64,000 bases of DNA from Gekko japonicus (Eukaryota): positions 316,878 through 380,877 of the forward strand of contig NW_015175997.1 of NCBI RefSeq assembly GCF_001447785.1, in the 5' to 3' direction. Numbering within the stretch: the stretch's first letter is position 1; every line of letters begins with the position of its first letter. Shown piece after piece: positions 1 through 11,627 of the stretch. The notes under the pieces were generated by a model that was not told where the DNA came from, made no database searches, and saw nothing but the letters and a program-made list of their open reading frames with translations. The translations under genes were made by a program, and so were the position numbers.

Positions 1-17
1 TATGGGGATGAAACAGG

Positions 18-236
18 TAGGGTTGCCAGCCTCCAGGTGGGGCCTGGGGATCTCCCGCTTTTACAACTGATCTCCAGCTGACAGAGATCAGCTCCCCTGG
101 AGAAAATGGCTGCTTTGAAGGGTGGACTCTATGGCCTTGTACCATGCTGAGGCCCCTCCCCTCCCCAAACCCCACCCTTTCCTGGATCCACCCCCAAAGT
201 CTCCAGGTATTTTCCAACCCAGACCTGGCAACCCTA
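18..236. mobile_element. Non-autonomous hAT-like MITE (TIR TAGGGTTGCCA...TGGCAACCCTA)
   Basis: Terminal inverted repeats; related copies at 13587-13800 and 56391-56592, the latter with an 8-bp TSD. Confidence 0.85.
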
Positions 237-1794
237 ACAGAAGCTTATGCTGGAATAAACATTTGCTGGCCTTTAGAGCACCACAAGACACCTGGTTATC
301 TAATGAAGGAGCTTCTATAGCTTCCTTGGTCAGTTTGTTCTTTGGCTGAAACTTCTTTGCACCTTACCTATTTGGCTCACTATTTCCTGTGTTGGGCAGT
401 GATTTTCTAGAGCTTCAGGCAGTGGTCTTTCTTAAACCTGATTCCCAAGATCCTTTAAATGGAAGTGCCAGGGAATAAAACTGAGATTCTCAGCATCTGA
501 AGTGTGTGCTCTTAACTGATGTCTGGCCCTGAGCTAATTAGAATATGTTTTCTAGTGTATATCTAGTATCATTATCTCCTAATATCTTTTAAAGCTCATT
601 GCTCTTTATGCTGTCCTCTGTGAGATTCCAAGTAGTTGTTCTCCCTCTGGTTTCTGTTATAACTGAAGCTCATATTCTATGTACACTTATTTGGAAAAGT
701 ATCATTGAACAAAGTTAGACTTACCTTCAAGTTGACTGAAAGCTGTACGTTTTTGGGAAAGCAAATATTTTGCACATTGGGTTTTCAAGGGCAAAGCAAA
801 TTCAGATTAATATCTGATAAAGTAAAGTGTAACAAAACTTCATACTGTTCCAGGACATCGAGGGAGAAGAGAAGAAGGAGGCTCTCCTGCTCAGTTCCTG
901 TGGAATCGCAACCTTGAGGCTAGTCCAGGGCCTCACCGCGCCCACCACGTTCGAGGTAGCCACTTATGATGCCCTCATTGCAGCGCTCACCAGCCATTTT
1001 GCACCTCAGCCCACGAAGATGGCACGCCACATGGACTTCTACATGTGCCAGCAAAAGTCCAACAAGATGGCCGCCAACTTCATGGCGGATCTTTGCCGAC
1101 TGGCCCTCACATGCGAGTTCCCAAGTCTCAACGATGCCCTCCTCGACCGGTTCATGATGGGCATCTGAGAGAAGAAACTATGCCGAAAGCTGATCGGCCA
1201 TGAGGACCTCACACTAGCAAAGGCACTACACAAGGCCAGCACCTTCAAGAAATCTCAGCGAGACCGCCAGACCTCGCTGCACACCAGGCCTCCATCCCCT
1301 CGGCTTCTGAGGCGTCAGATGAAAAAGAGACCCATCAGATTCGCCGCCCCACTCGACCCCACTCGCGACCTTCTGCCGCCGCCGCTCGTCCAGTGAAGAC
1401 CGTCACATCGACACCCTGCGCCAGATGCAGAGAAGCCCACGAGCGTCACTCCTGCTGTTTCTGAGATGCTACCTGCAGGACCTGCAGCAAGACAGGCCAC
1501 ATCGCCCACGTCTGCTGCTCCAAGGGAGCCTGGAGATGCACGGCCACATACCAGGAATCAGCAGATCTGCACACCACCGCCGCCCACCAACATCAGGTAT
1601 TGAATTTGCCCCAGGACGCCCCTGATAAAATTAAAGTGACTGTGCTTATAGAGGAGGTACCTTGCAAGATGGAACTGGACACGGGGTCCTCCATCTCCAT
1701 CATCTCAGAAGAGACTCTCCAGAGGCTCTGTCCACAGGGGGGGTCCCTGCCTTCGACCTGCTGGTTTCACTCTCCAGGACTTTCAAAAGGATGA

Positions 1795-2104
1795 TGTAAT
1801 GTATTGAGCCTAGACCATACTTCGGCTGATGCTGAATCCGGACACAGCTTGAGGATCCATAACAATAGCTGACTAGGATCCTAGAATGGACCAGTAGGGA
1901 GACAGGGATCTTAGAGTAAACCAAAGGAATAACAATGTAGTGTAAATAGCCTATCGTGGGAGTGTGTGTGTGTTTGGGGTGTAATCTTTTGCATACATAA
2001 ATACCTGGCTTCGGTCAGGGATTCTCAGTCTTCTTTCTACTTGCTGAAATCACTAATAAACTGTGAGCTGATCACTATATGCATCTCGAACCCAGGATAT
2101 TACA
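1795..2104 (+). mobile_element. Solo LTR (310 bp) inserted in the Gypsy protease region
   Basis: TGTAAT...ATTACA termini; 5-bp TSD GATGA/GACGA; AATAAA; shares TTGCTGAAATCACTAATAAA..GAGCTGATCACTA with the host 3' LTR. Confidence 0.9.
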
Positions 2105-2110
2105 GACGAG

Positions 2111-4630
2111 GTGGTCATTAAGGGGTGGGGCAAATTCCACGTGAAATACAGACAGTTTGAGGGAATTTTGGACTTCTTGGTGGTTGAGGGATGGCTCACC
2201 AGCTTGCTTGGACTGTCCCGGTTTGTGCCCCTGGGGTTCAGAGTAACGGGGGTGCAGTACATGCAGCCCTCAGACTTCAGTAATGTGTGTGTAGAGTTCC
2301 CTGCTGTCTTCAATGGGACCCTTGGCCAATACACAGGTCCTCCTGTATCGCTCCAATTTACCCCCGATGTGTGGCCCATCCACCTCAAGGCCCAGAGAGT
2401 TCTGCTCGCACTCAAGCCCAAAATTGATGTGCAGCTGGACTGCTTGGTGGTGCAAGGAGTTTTAGAGCCGGTTCCCCATGCCACCTGGGAGACCCCCATC
2501 GTAACCCCAATTAAGCCAAATGGGGACGTCCGCATCTGCGCTGGCTACAAATGTACAATCAACAAGGCGCTGAAGGACCACGCTTACCCAGTGCCTGTAG
2601 TCAGCCATGTCCTAGCGACTTTGGCGGGGGCCAAGGTCTTCAGGAAATTGGACTTGGCCCAAGCATACCAGCAGCTCCCAGTGGACGAGCCAACAGCTGA
2701 GGCACAGACCATCATCACACACTGGGTGCTTTCAGAATCAAGCGGTTGCAGTTTGGAGTGAGCGTGGTCCCGGGAATCTTTCAGAACTTAATGGACTCTC
2801 TTTTGAAAGGCATCCCTGGGGTCCAGCCATTTTCCAATGATGTATTGATCGCCGCCCCCACGGAAGAGGACTTTGCCACCTGCCTACATATCGTGCTGCA
2901 GCAATTCAACTGCTGGGCTGAAGGTGAAGCAAGAGAAATGCCTCCTGGGGGTCCCCCATGTAGAGTTCCTGGGATTCTCCGTGGATGCTGATGACATCCA
3001 TCCAGCCCCTGACAAAGTTCGTGCCATAGCGAACACACCCACTCCCACTTCCAAGGCCAAGCTGTAGGCCTTCTTGGGACTTCTGAACTTTTACCACTCC
3101 TTTCTGCCCCATAAAGCCGCACTTGTGGAGCCACTCCACCGCCTGCTCAACAAGAAGGCCCCGTGGGTGTGGGGCCAGTGGAAGTCCACCACTTTCTAGG
3201 CCGTAAAGGAGCTACTCACCTCACACGATGTCCTCGCCCATTTCGATGAGATGCTGCCAGTCATCTTGGCATGTGACACTTCTTCCTATGGCATTGATGT
3301 AGTCCTGGGCCATCGCCTGCCAGACTGGAGAGAGGTACCAGTGGCCTACTACTCAAGGACCCTGTTGTCAGCCGAGCAGAACTACTCCCAGATCAACAAA
3401 GAGGCCCTTGCGATTGTGGCGGGAGTGAAGAAGTTCCACGATTATCTGTATTCACCATCGCAACTGACCACAAGCCCCTGCTCAGTCTCCTCGCCTCCTA
3501 CCACCAGATGCCACAGATGCTGTCGCTCAGGGTCCTGCACTGGTCCATATTTCTGAGGGGGTACCAATACGTCTTGCAACACTGGCCAGGGAAGTCTATG
3601 GGACACGGGGATGCTCTTAGCTGCCTCCCACTCAGCTCCGTCGACCCGGCCCCCACGCACCAAATCCTGATGATGGAGGACCTGCTGGACCGCCCTCTGC
3701 ATGCAGCAGACATCTCCCACCACACCACCAGGGATCGCATCCTCTCCCGTGTTTTGGACTGGGTGGGGAGTGGATGGCCCACTGGTCGGGTGGCCCCGGA
3801 ATTCACAGTGTTTGTGTCCCACAGGGATGAGCTATCAGCTTACAAGGGGTGCTTCCTATGGGGTAGCCGGGTAGTGATTACCACACCGCTGTGTAAACGG
3901 GTTTTGGTAGCCCTGCACGAGACCCACCTGGGAATTGTGAGGATGAAAGCGCTGGCCAGGAGCTACGTATGATGGCCAGGAATGGCCAGTGAAATCGAGG
4001 CCTGGGTACAGCATTGCCAGGCCTGTCAGGAGACGTGCCCCGAACCTCCGAGGGCTCCCGTTCACCAGTGGGAGTCCATCCACACATCGTGGGCATGGGT
4101 GCATTTGGACTTTGCCAGCCTGTTCCAGGGGCACCTGCTCTTACTCCTGGTGGACTCCTATACCAAGTGGCTGGAAGTCATGCCAGTTGCATCTACTTCA
4201 TCCTGGGCCCTGAGACAGATTTTTAGCACCCATGGTCTACCAGACATGGTTGTGACCGATAACGGCACCACCTTCACCTTGGGAGAGTTCCAGGAGTTCT
4301 TGGACTAGAACCTCATCAGGCATGTGTGGTCCACTCCTTTCTACCCGGCTACCAGTGGACAAGCTGAGAGGATGGTGCAGACTCCCAAGGATGTGCTATA
4401 ACGGCTCACCCACGGGGACTGGGACCGCCAGCTTGCTGTCTTCTTGTTCGGCCATCAAGTGATCCTGAGTGTGTCCACCAGCCACAACCCCACGGAACTC
4501 TTAATGGGCCACCTCTTCACGACACGGCTGAACCATCTGCATCCGGACCGAGCCCCTGAGTTGTGCCAAACTCCAGTGAGCCAGGAGGCCACTCGTGGGT
4601 TCTGTCTGGGTGACCCTGTCTTCACGTAGA
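2111..4630 (+). pseudogene. Gypsy pol remnant (reverse transcriptase, RNase H, integrase), frameshifted
   Basis: ORF pieces 2111-2761, 2746-2991, 2873-3067, 3251-3556, 3508-3972, 3982-4308 and 4444-4629 form a collinear pol. Confidence 0.9.
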
Positions 4631-5072
4631 ACTATTCCAGTAGCCCCGTGTGGATCCTGGCAAGGGTTACGCAAGTCACCGGACACCGGACATCGATGGA
4701 CAGGGGCCAGCTTCTATGCAGGCACATATATCAGCTGTGCCACCACCTGCTGCCTGAGGAGCCTGAATTGTCCTCCACCAAGGAGGAGGATTGAGCCCTG
4801 GAACCATCGCCACCACCACTGCTGATCGAGAGCGACCCTCCCCACAGCAGCATGCAGCCGGATTGCCAGGAAGAGGAAAGGCCTGCACAGGCCACTATAG
4901 ACCTTCCAGACTCTGTTCCTGCCTCGCAGGACTCCAGAGCGATTCCTGCCTCACCAAGCCCAGCTCTGGCATCGTCTCCATCCCCTGGTGTTCTCAGAGG
5001 GAACGACGCAAACCAGTGTACCCTGAAGACTATTTCTGTTAAGGTGCTTTGGAATTTGGGGGGTGGGAGAGA

Positions 5073-5346
5073 TGTTATGTATTGGGACTGAAACATTCCA
5101 GGACTGTTCTACCTGAGACTGGCTGAGTATGGAGACCAAGAACAATAGCCCACCAGAACTCTGGTAGTAACCAATCAAGAAGTAATGTTATGTTGGGAGT
5201 GGGGTGTGTTTGGGTGTGGCAATTGCATACTATTTAAACAGGGCTGTGGCCCGGGAGTTTAGTCTTGTTCTTGCTGAAATCACTAATAAAGTAGAGCTGA
5301 TCACTAGACTTGTGGTCTGTTCATCCATGGAACCCACTATTTAACA
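5073..5346 (+). repeat. 3' LTR of the Gypsy element
   Basis: TGTTA...TAACA termini immediately after the polypurine tract; TATTTAAA and AATAAA inside. Confidence 0.9.
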
Positions 5347-5470
5347 CAACTAAAGCATTCCCTTTAGTAGTAGTCTTCTCAAGGCTGTGAAATAATTAGT
5401 ACCTTAGGGATTATGAGCAGGATACAATAAAAATGTTTACATTTTTGGGCAGCTTGCTTTTAGCGAATAA

Positions 5471-5787
5471 CAGGTGTCAAACTCATTTGTTATGAGGGCT
5501 GGATCTGACAAAAATGAGACCTTGTTGGGCCAGGCCATGTGTGTCATAAAATGTAATGCCAGGTAGTGGAGATATAAACTTTATAAAGGACACAAACATA
5601 AAGTGTTTTTTTTACTTAAAATAAAAACATGCTTAAAACATTAGCACTCTTGCAACATTTTGTTTATTTAACAGTGTCTGAGAACTGACACCTCTTGCTC
5701 TGAATTATTGCATCAAAATGTCTGTGCTGTTGCAATTTTGAGTATGCTGTTCAGGTGTGTATCTGTGAGCTGCAAACCTACGATGAC

Positions 5788-5819
<32 letters not shown>

Positions 5820-6188
5820 AGAAGAGATTGGACTGATACCCTGCCCTTCACTACCCAAAGGAGTCTCAGAGCGGCTTACAAACTCCTTTCCCTTCCCCTC
5901 CCCACAACAGACACCCTGTGAGGTAGTTGGGGCTGAGAGAGCTCTGACAGAAACTGCTCTTTTTCAAGAACAGCTGTGCCAGAACTATGGCTTGCCCAAG
6001 GTCATCCAGCAGGTACAAGTGGAGGAGTGGAGAATCAAACCCAGTTCTCCCAGATTAGAGTCCGTGTACTTAACCACTACACCAAAGTACACCAAAGATG
6101 AAGAAGACGACAGCCAGTTCAACTGTGGGCCTGATAGAAGCCCTGTGGGGGCCTGATCTGCCCCCGGGCCACATGTTTGACACCCCTG
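5471..6188. mobile_element. hAT/Charlie-like non-autonomous DNA transposon, interrupted by a SINE
   Basis: TIR-like ends CAGGTGTCAAAC...GTTTGACACCCCTG. Confidence 0.7.
5815..6086 (-). mobile_element. tRNA-derived SINE (Squam3-type)
   Basis: Reverse complement of the TTTGGTGTAGTGGTTAAG head, CACAGGGTGTCTGTTG core and (TTC)n tail; matches other copies in the window. Confidence 0.85.
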
Positions 6189-6651
6189 CCTTAGGTCTTT
6201 GAGGACAATGGCTGCAGTGCACCCAGAGCAGTTCCATTGGTTTCACTTAGATTGCTTCAGAATAAGTAATCAATGGATGGCACTGGCAGCCATGTATGTC
6301 TTTTAATTCAAAGGATCAATCTTATTAAAACAAAACACAAAGAATTAGAGCTGCAATAATTAATTGATTGGTTGGTCCATTTAACCAGTTGCAGCATCAA
6401 TCACAGTTCAAATGAGCTAGCTGCGATTGCTACACTTGGACTTGATTGCTTTCCTTCTCTCTCATTTGCCATGTCACTGATTTAACAGATACTGCTGATT
6501 GTTCTTTTCTTCCTGCCAAGCTAATACTGTGTCCAATATTATTTTCTTTACATAGGTTCTGTATTGGAAGACCTTTTAATCCCCACAAAATTTATGCAGA
6601 CAGAGAATGTGAAGGGCTGCTATTCATTAAAATATTATTAATGCCCAAACA

Positions 6652-6936
6652 TAGCCAGCTTGGTGTAATGGTTAAGTGCATGGACTCTAATCTGGGAGAA
6701 CCGGGTTTGATTCCCCACTCCTCCACTTGCAGCTGCTGGATGACCTCGGGCAAGCCATAGTTCTGTCAGAGCTCTTCTCTCAAGGACAGTTCTGGAAAGA
6801 GCGCTCTCAGCCCCACCTACCTCACAGGGTATCTGTTGTGGGGGGGGGGGGGAAGGGAAAAGAGTTTGTAAGCTGCTCTGAGACTCCGAGTGAAGAGCGG
6901 GGTATAAATCCAATCTCCTCCTCCTCCTCCTCCTTC
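6652..6936 (+). mobile_element. tRNA-derived SINE (Squam3-type)
   Basis: A-box TGGTGTAATGG, B-box GGTTTGATTCC, tail GGTATAAATCCAATCTCCTCC. Confidence 0.9.
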
Positions 6937-8169
6937 ATGATTTCTGATTGTTTGAAGGAACATAATGAAATTGGAGGGTTTTTTAAAAAATGACTCCCTA
7001 AATTGGCATATATGTACAGAAATAGAAATGGTTGGTGGCTAACTTTTTTCAGTGTGTATGTGCAGGTTTACATGATTGACCCAGTACTGTTAGAATCCTA
7101 ATTTGACTGATTATTGGAGTAGCAAGGTTTGGGATTTGGGAGGAATTTGTTTTGTTTTTGCAAATATATATATATATATAGTTGTTCATTGAAACATTTT
7201 AATCCAACCACAGAAACAGACACTGGTGGCCTGAGAAGTAAAATGCCCCAGGAACAAACCAGGCTGCGTAGCCTCTGAGATGCTACAAGTGAGTACTGTA
7301 GAGATGACTCATCTTGAACCTTTCCAGCAGCATCCAAAAGGGGTGTCAGCTTACCCATCGCCTTCTCCTGTCCCTTCACCAGGCGTTGACGGGTGAACCA
7401 GTAGCCAGTGTGGGCATCACTGACCTGGTCTTAGCTGAGTGGTCTCTACAATGCTGGCAGAGGTACTGGGCTATAGCTCTGCTTGCTCCTGTCTACCAGT
7501 GGCTCCCTAGGAACTTTCGCTGTGAGTTCAATAGCCAGTCCACCCCTGGAAACAGATATAACATGGGTGCTTTGTTAGCAACTGGAACACACACAGTATA
7601 TACAGTATGTCTATTTTATGGATAGCACAGTTCTAGGTTCAGATACTTTGATTAGCTTTACACACATGCCTGCCAACATTTAAAGATAAAAGATTTTGGC
7701 CCCACCCGCTGACCCCACCCCTGATCCTTCTACGACTACCCCACCCAAAATTATCTGTACACAACATACTAAATTAAAGTTTCAATGTTTACATTCATTC
7801 AGAATGCACTTGTAAGCAAAAGGTGTATGAAAAACAGAAAAGGATCCTATTCATTCTTGTACAGCCAAATAAGGCTGATTAAGGCTGTAATCCTAAACAC
7901 ACTTACTAGGGAGTAAGTCCAATTGAACTTAATAAGACTTACTTCTCAGCATATATATTTATGATTGCACCTTAAGTACGTCATAAGGTTCATTGGACAA
8001 AATTCTGTCTTCTGGCAACTTTGAAATGTACAGGGACTTGCTTCTTTTTAATATGTAGTTGCCCTAGACATATGCTCAAGGTCATCTAATGTGAATTAGT
8101 TACTCCTTCATCACCCAATCATACCAGCATTAAATCTTGTTAAAGAGTTTTGAAACAGCAGAGAAGTGT

Positions 8170-8265
8170 GGAAGAAGAAGAAGAGATTGGATTTATACCC
8201 TGCCCTTCACTACCCAAGGGAGTCTCAGAGCAGCTTACAAACTCCTCTCCCTTCCCCTCCCCACA
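8170..8265 (-). mobile_element. Squam3-type SINE 3' fragment, truncated at a hAT element
   Basis: GAAGAAGAGATTGGATTTATACCC..CTCAGAGCAGCTTACA matches the tails of other copies. Confidence 0.75.
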
Positions 8266-8551
8266 TAGGGTTGCCAAGTCTTACCTTTAGCTGGAGCGGG
8301 GGACTCCCGTCACCCAGGAGTGACGTCATTTTGTTTCTGGTATCAGGGGCAACACATCAGGGTTTGGGCAAAATCCTATGGTTTTGAGGCCCAAAAAACC
8401 ATAGAGTTTTGCCCCAAACCTAGAGCGTCACCCCCAACGTTGGAAACACAATGATGTCACTTCCGGGTAATGTCATTGTGGCATGCACGCTTTGCACGTG
8501 CACCAGAAAAATTCAAGGAAGGATCAGGAATCCCCCCACCTGGCAACCCTG
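8266..8551. mobile_element. hAT-like MITE (TAGGGTTGCCA...TGGCAACCCTG)
   Basis: TIRs shared with the 18-236 family, with a different, internally palindromic body. Confidence 0.7.
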
Positions 8552-8944
8552 TACAGGTGTGATAATGGAGCTTTCAGACCTATCAGACTTAATGAGTAGA
8601 TGCTGACACATTTTGTTTTAAACTTCCAATAACTGAGAAAGTGGTAAATTAGGGAGAGCTATAGAAGCCTACAACTATGTGTGCATAAGTATGTATCTGT
8701 ATTATATACAGTTCTAGCCAGCATCTGTGGGTCTTTGAATATAGAACTTGGCACCAATTCTGAATGCAAGCTTTTTCTTTCATGGAAGAATAATCCTTAG
8801 AGGTTTGTCCGTCAAAGAAATGTATAGGCATGCAAACCTCATGAGGTCTTTGCAGGAAGGATCTGTGACTAGACAGGCATCCAGTCTCCCACTTCCAGAT
8901 TTTTCCTATAAAATCCAGGTGACATTTTTATACTTCTATGGTAT

Positions 8945-9028
8945 CTTTCGGACAGCGCTGGCTCTTCGGCTTTGAAACGGAGATGAGCACCGCAACCCTA
9001 GAGTCGGATTTGACTGGCTTTCCAGCAA
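8945..9028 (+). mobile_element. Sauria SINE 3' fragment
   Basis: Reverse complement of the 39850-39950 Sauria SINE segment (GAAACGGAGATGAGCACC..CCCTAGAGTCGG). Confidence 0.75.
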
Positions 9029-9158
9029 GGTTCCCCATGATGTTCTGATGAGTAAACTGGAGGACTGTGGACTGGACTCTAGAATAGTTAGGTGGATAGA
9101 GAACTGGTTGGAGAACCACACTCAGTTGTCAATGGCATTCCATCTGAATGGAGGGAGG
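9025..9158 (+). mobile_element. CR1 LINE reverse transcriptase fragment
   Basis: Translates KVPHDVLMSKLEDCGLDSRIVRWIENWLENHTQ, typical CR1 ORF2. Confidence 0.85.
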
Positions 9159-9229
9159 TTCAAGTTCAAAATCTTTATTGGCATAGATCATAATCATACA
9201 GTCGCCATTCAGTTCATGGATTTGACATG

Positions 9230-10975
9230 GGTTTGGAAAAATTTCAAGGACACCAGCTGTATGAGGGGGAGGCAGATTCCTAAAGGTTTTTTTGCTTGTG
9301 GTAAATGTTCTAACTGTAACTGTGCTGAGGCTAAGAAGTCGTTCCAAAACACTGCCAAAATGAAAACTTTATTTATTAATACGTTTTGCAACTGTCAAAG
9401 CAAAGGAGCGATTTACTGTATCCAATGTCCTTGTGGTAAATTGTATTTGGGTCAAACATCTAGACCTGTAAAAGTCAGAATATGTGAACACCGAAGCTGC
9501 ATTAGATTGCATAAATGTTCTGCACCGTTAGTAAACCATTTTCTGGACTTGGGACATAGGCCGGGGTCATTTCCTGCAGGAGCGCACAGGAGCGGAGCTC
9601 CGGCAGTAAAGAGCCCAGGGGGCGAGCACATGCAACAAGCCCCACTCCCTGCTCCCAGCAGCCCTAGGCCACGAGGAGCAAGAAGCAGCCAGGTAAGTTG
9701 CAGAGCTTCCCCCAGCCCCCCGATCCAAAACAGTCCAGTGGCACCTTCAAGACCAAGTTTTATTCAGGTACAAGCTCTCCCTCTGCAAGGACAGATCTGC
9801 ATGTCCCCCCCCCAATAGCTAGCAATCCAAAACAGTCCAGTGGAGCCTGAGCGGTGGGTGTTGCCTTCTGACACACTTCCGGTGATGTCAGGGGGTGTGG
9901 CACATGCACATAAGTTATGTTAATGAGTTATGCTAATGAGCTCCTGCACCTCTTTTTCTACGAAATGACCCCTGGACATACGAATAAACAGCTAACATTT
10001 TGGATCATCGAGACTGTACAGACTACCAACCCGAACATGTGCAGAGTGCTCCTGAGAAAGGAGCTGTTTTGGATTTACCAACTACAAACATGGGCGCCTT
10101 TTGGATTGAATGAGGAAGTTGACTGGACTTGCTGTTTGTGAACATCTGTAATTGTTTTTTGTCTATTCGGTATGCTGACCTGTTCCCCCCCCCCCATGCT
10201 GCTCCTTATCTCCCTCTCCTTTGTACCCCCTCCCATCTAGTACTTTTCCTGGCTGGCATTGTGCAATGCTAATTGGTGATTGCATCACCCTGGTTTCACT
10301 AATATATATTGCAGCCAGTGCAGCAGCTAATAATAGAATTTTCACCTTGATGAAGGGACACACATTCAGACCTACAAAACTGCTGTTACCAGGTTTGTTA
10401 GCCAATGTAATAATTTTCATTTCAATTTGGGTGAAATTAATTATACAATTTGACTGACCATTTTTTTTTTTACAATTTCATTTCACTTTTTAATTCAGAA
10501 TAAGTTGTGGAGGTGATATGGCTATACATATGGCCCATCACTAATACCAGAGTCCAATTATAAGTATACAAGGTAACTTTATCTTTGATAGAATCATTTT
10601 TTGTTCAATAATAATTTCTTTTATACATTTGGACAGAATAATGAAGTTTCTTCTCCTTTCTTTTCCTCCCCTCTATTTTTCTTTGAACAATTTCAGGAAA
10701 CAACATCCGGTTTAATTATATGTGTACTAAAACTCTGTAACAGGTCTTTGAATGTGTGTCTAGAATATATAGATAATAGTGACCACTAAAGGCCTTCCCT
10801 TAGGGACCAGAACGTGTTTGGTCTTCAGTTGTAAAGTATTTACCCATCATATGTATGTATAGTGGATAAGCTTTTATAGTCTGATCTTAGACAAAGTAAT
10901 TTTTAATCAGGAAAGTTTTAACATGTGTACACCTTAATAAATATTTGTACTTTTATATATATGGTTTAGCTTAGC
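9230..10975 (+). mobile_element. Penelope-like retroelement 3' part (GIY-YIG endonuclease), interrupted by a hAT MITE
   Basis: CGKCSNC...AIYCIQCPCGKLYLGQTSRPVKVRICEHRSCI and, after the insertion, LLRKELFWIYQLQTWAPFGLNEE; boundaries approximate. Confidence 0.85.
9561..9974. mobile_element. hAT MITE (TIR CCGGGGTCATTT...AAATGACCCCTG)
   Basis: 8-bp TSD GACATAGG/GACATACG; the same 3' end occurs at ~52030-52152. Confidence 0.9.
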
Positions 10976-10980
10976 CCTTT

Positions 10981-11627
10981 TTGGTTCGTAGCAGTGTGTG
11001 TGAACAAGATATTGGGGCACGGGTGGACCGTAAGTTACATATGAGCAGCCAGTGTGATGCAGCAACAAAAAAGGCTAATGTGATCTTGGGGTGTATCAAC
11101 AGAGGCATAACATCCCAATTGCAAGATGTTATAGTCCCGCTGTACACTGCATTGGTCAGGCCATACCTGGAGCATGGTGTGCAGTTCTGGAGGCCTCACT
11201 TCAAAAAGGATGTGGACAGAATGGAGCAGGTGCAGAGGAGAGCAATGAGGAAAGGCTGAGGAACTTGGGAATGTTCAGTCTGGAGAAGAGGAGGTTGAGG
11301 GGGACATGATTGCTCTCTTTAAGTCTCTGAAGGGCTGCCACTTAGAGGAGGGCAGGGAGCTGCTCCTGTTGGCAGCAGAGGATAGGACTCACAATAATGG
11401 GTTTAAATTAAGGGCGCGAAGGTACTGGCTGGATATTAAGAAAAACTTTCTTACAGTAAAAGTTGTGCAAAGGTGGAATCAGCTACACTGGCAGTCTTTA
11501 AGCAGCGGCTGGACAAGCACTTGTCAGGGATGCTCTAGGCTGATCCTGCATTGACCAGGGGATTGGACTGGATGGCCTGTATGGCCCCTTCCAACTCTGT
11601 GATTCCATGATTCTATGATTTTATGAT
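10981..11627 (+). mobile_element. CR1 LINE 3' end
   Basis: KKANVILGCINRGI..LYTALVRPYLEHGVQFW; tail GGCCCCTTCCAACTCTGTGATTCCATGATTCTATG. Confidence 0.92.

Larger units (their letters stand above)
850..5346 (+). mobile_element. Degenerate 5'-truncated Ty3/Gypsy LTR retrotransposon (gag-PR-RT-RH-IN, 3' LTR)
   Basis: Gag with CCHC knuckles (CARCREAH.., CRTCSKTGHIAHVC, ~1418-1515); protease MELDTGS (~1669); RT WETPIV..VRICAGY..KLDLAQAYQQL; RNase H LACDTSSYG..EALAIV; integrase LHETH..CQAC, VHLDFA, VVTDNG. Many stops and frameshifts; polypurine tract 5058-5072. Confidence 0.95.

Noticed and set aside
914-4630. Domesticated or active retroviral gene
   Set aside because: Numerous stops and frameshifts, a degraded RT active-site motif (FSND in place of YxDD) and no 5' LTR.
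6652-6725. tRNA genes at Squam3 heads
   Set aside because: A and B boxes only; no cloverleaf, and each continues into a SINE body.
9048-9818. 256-aa ORF as a novel gene
   Set aside because: Chance in-frame fusion of CR1, Penelope and hAT fragments.
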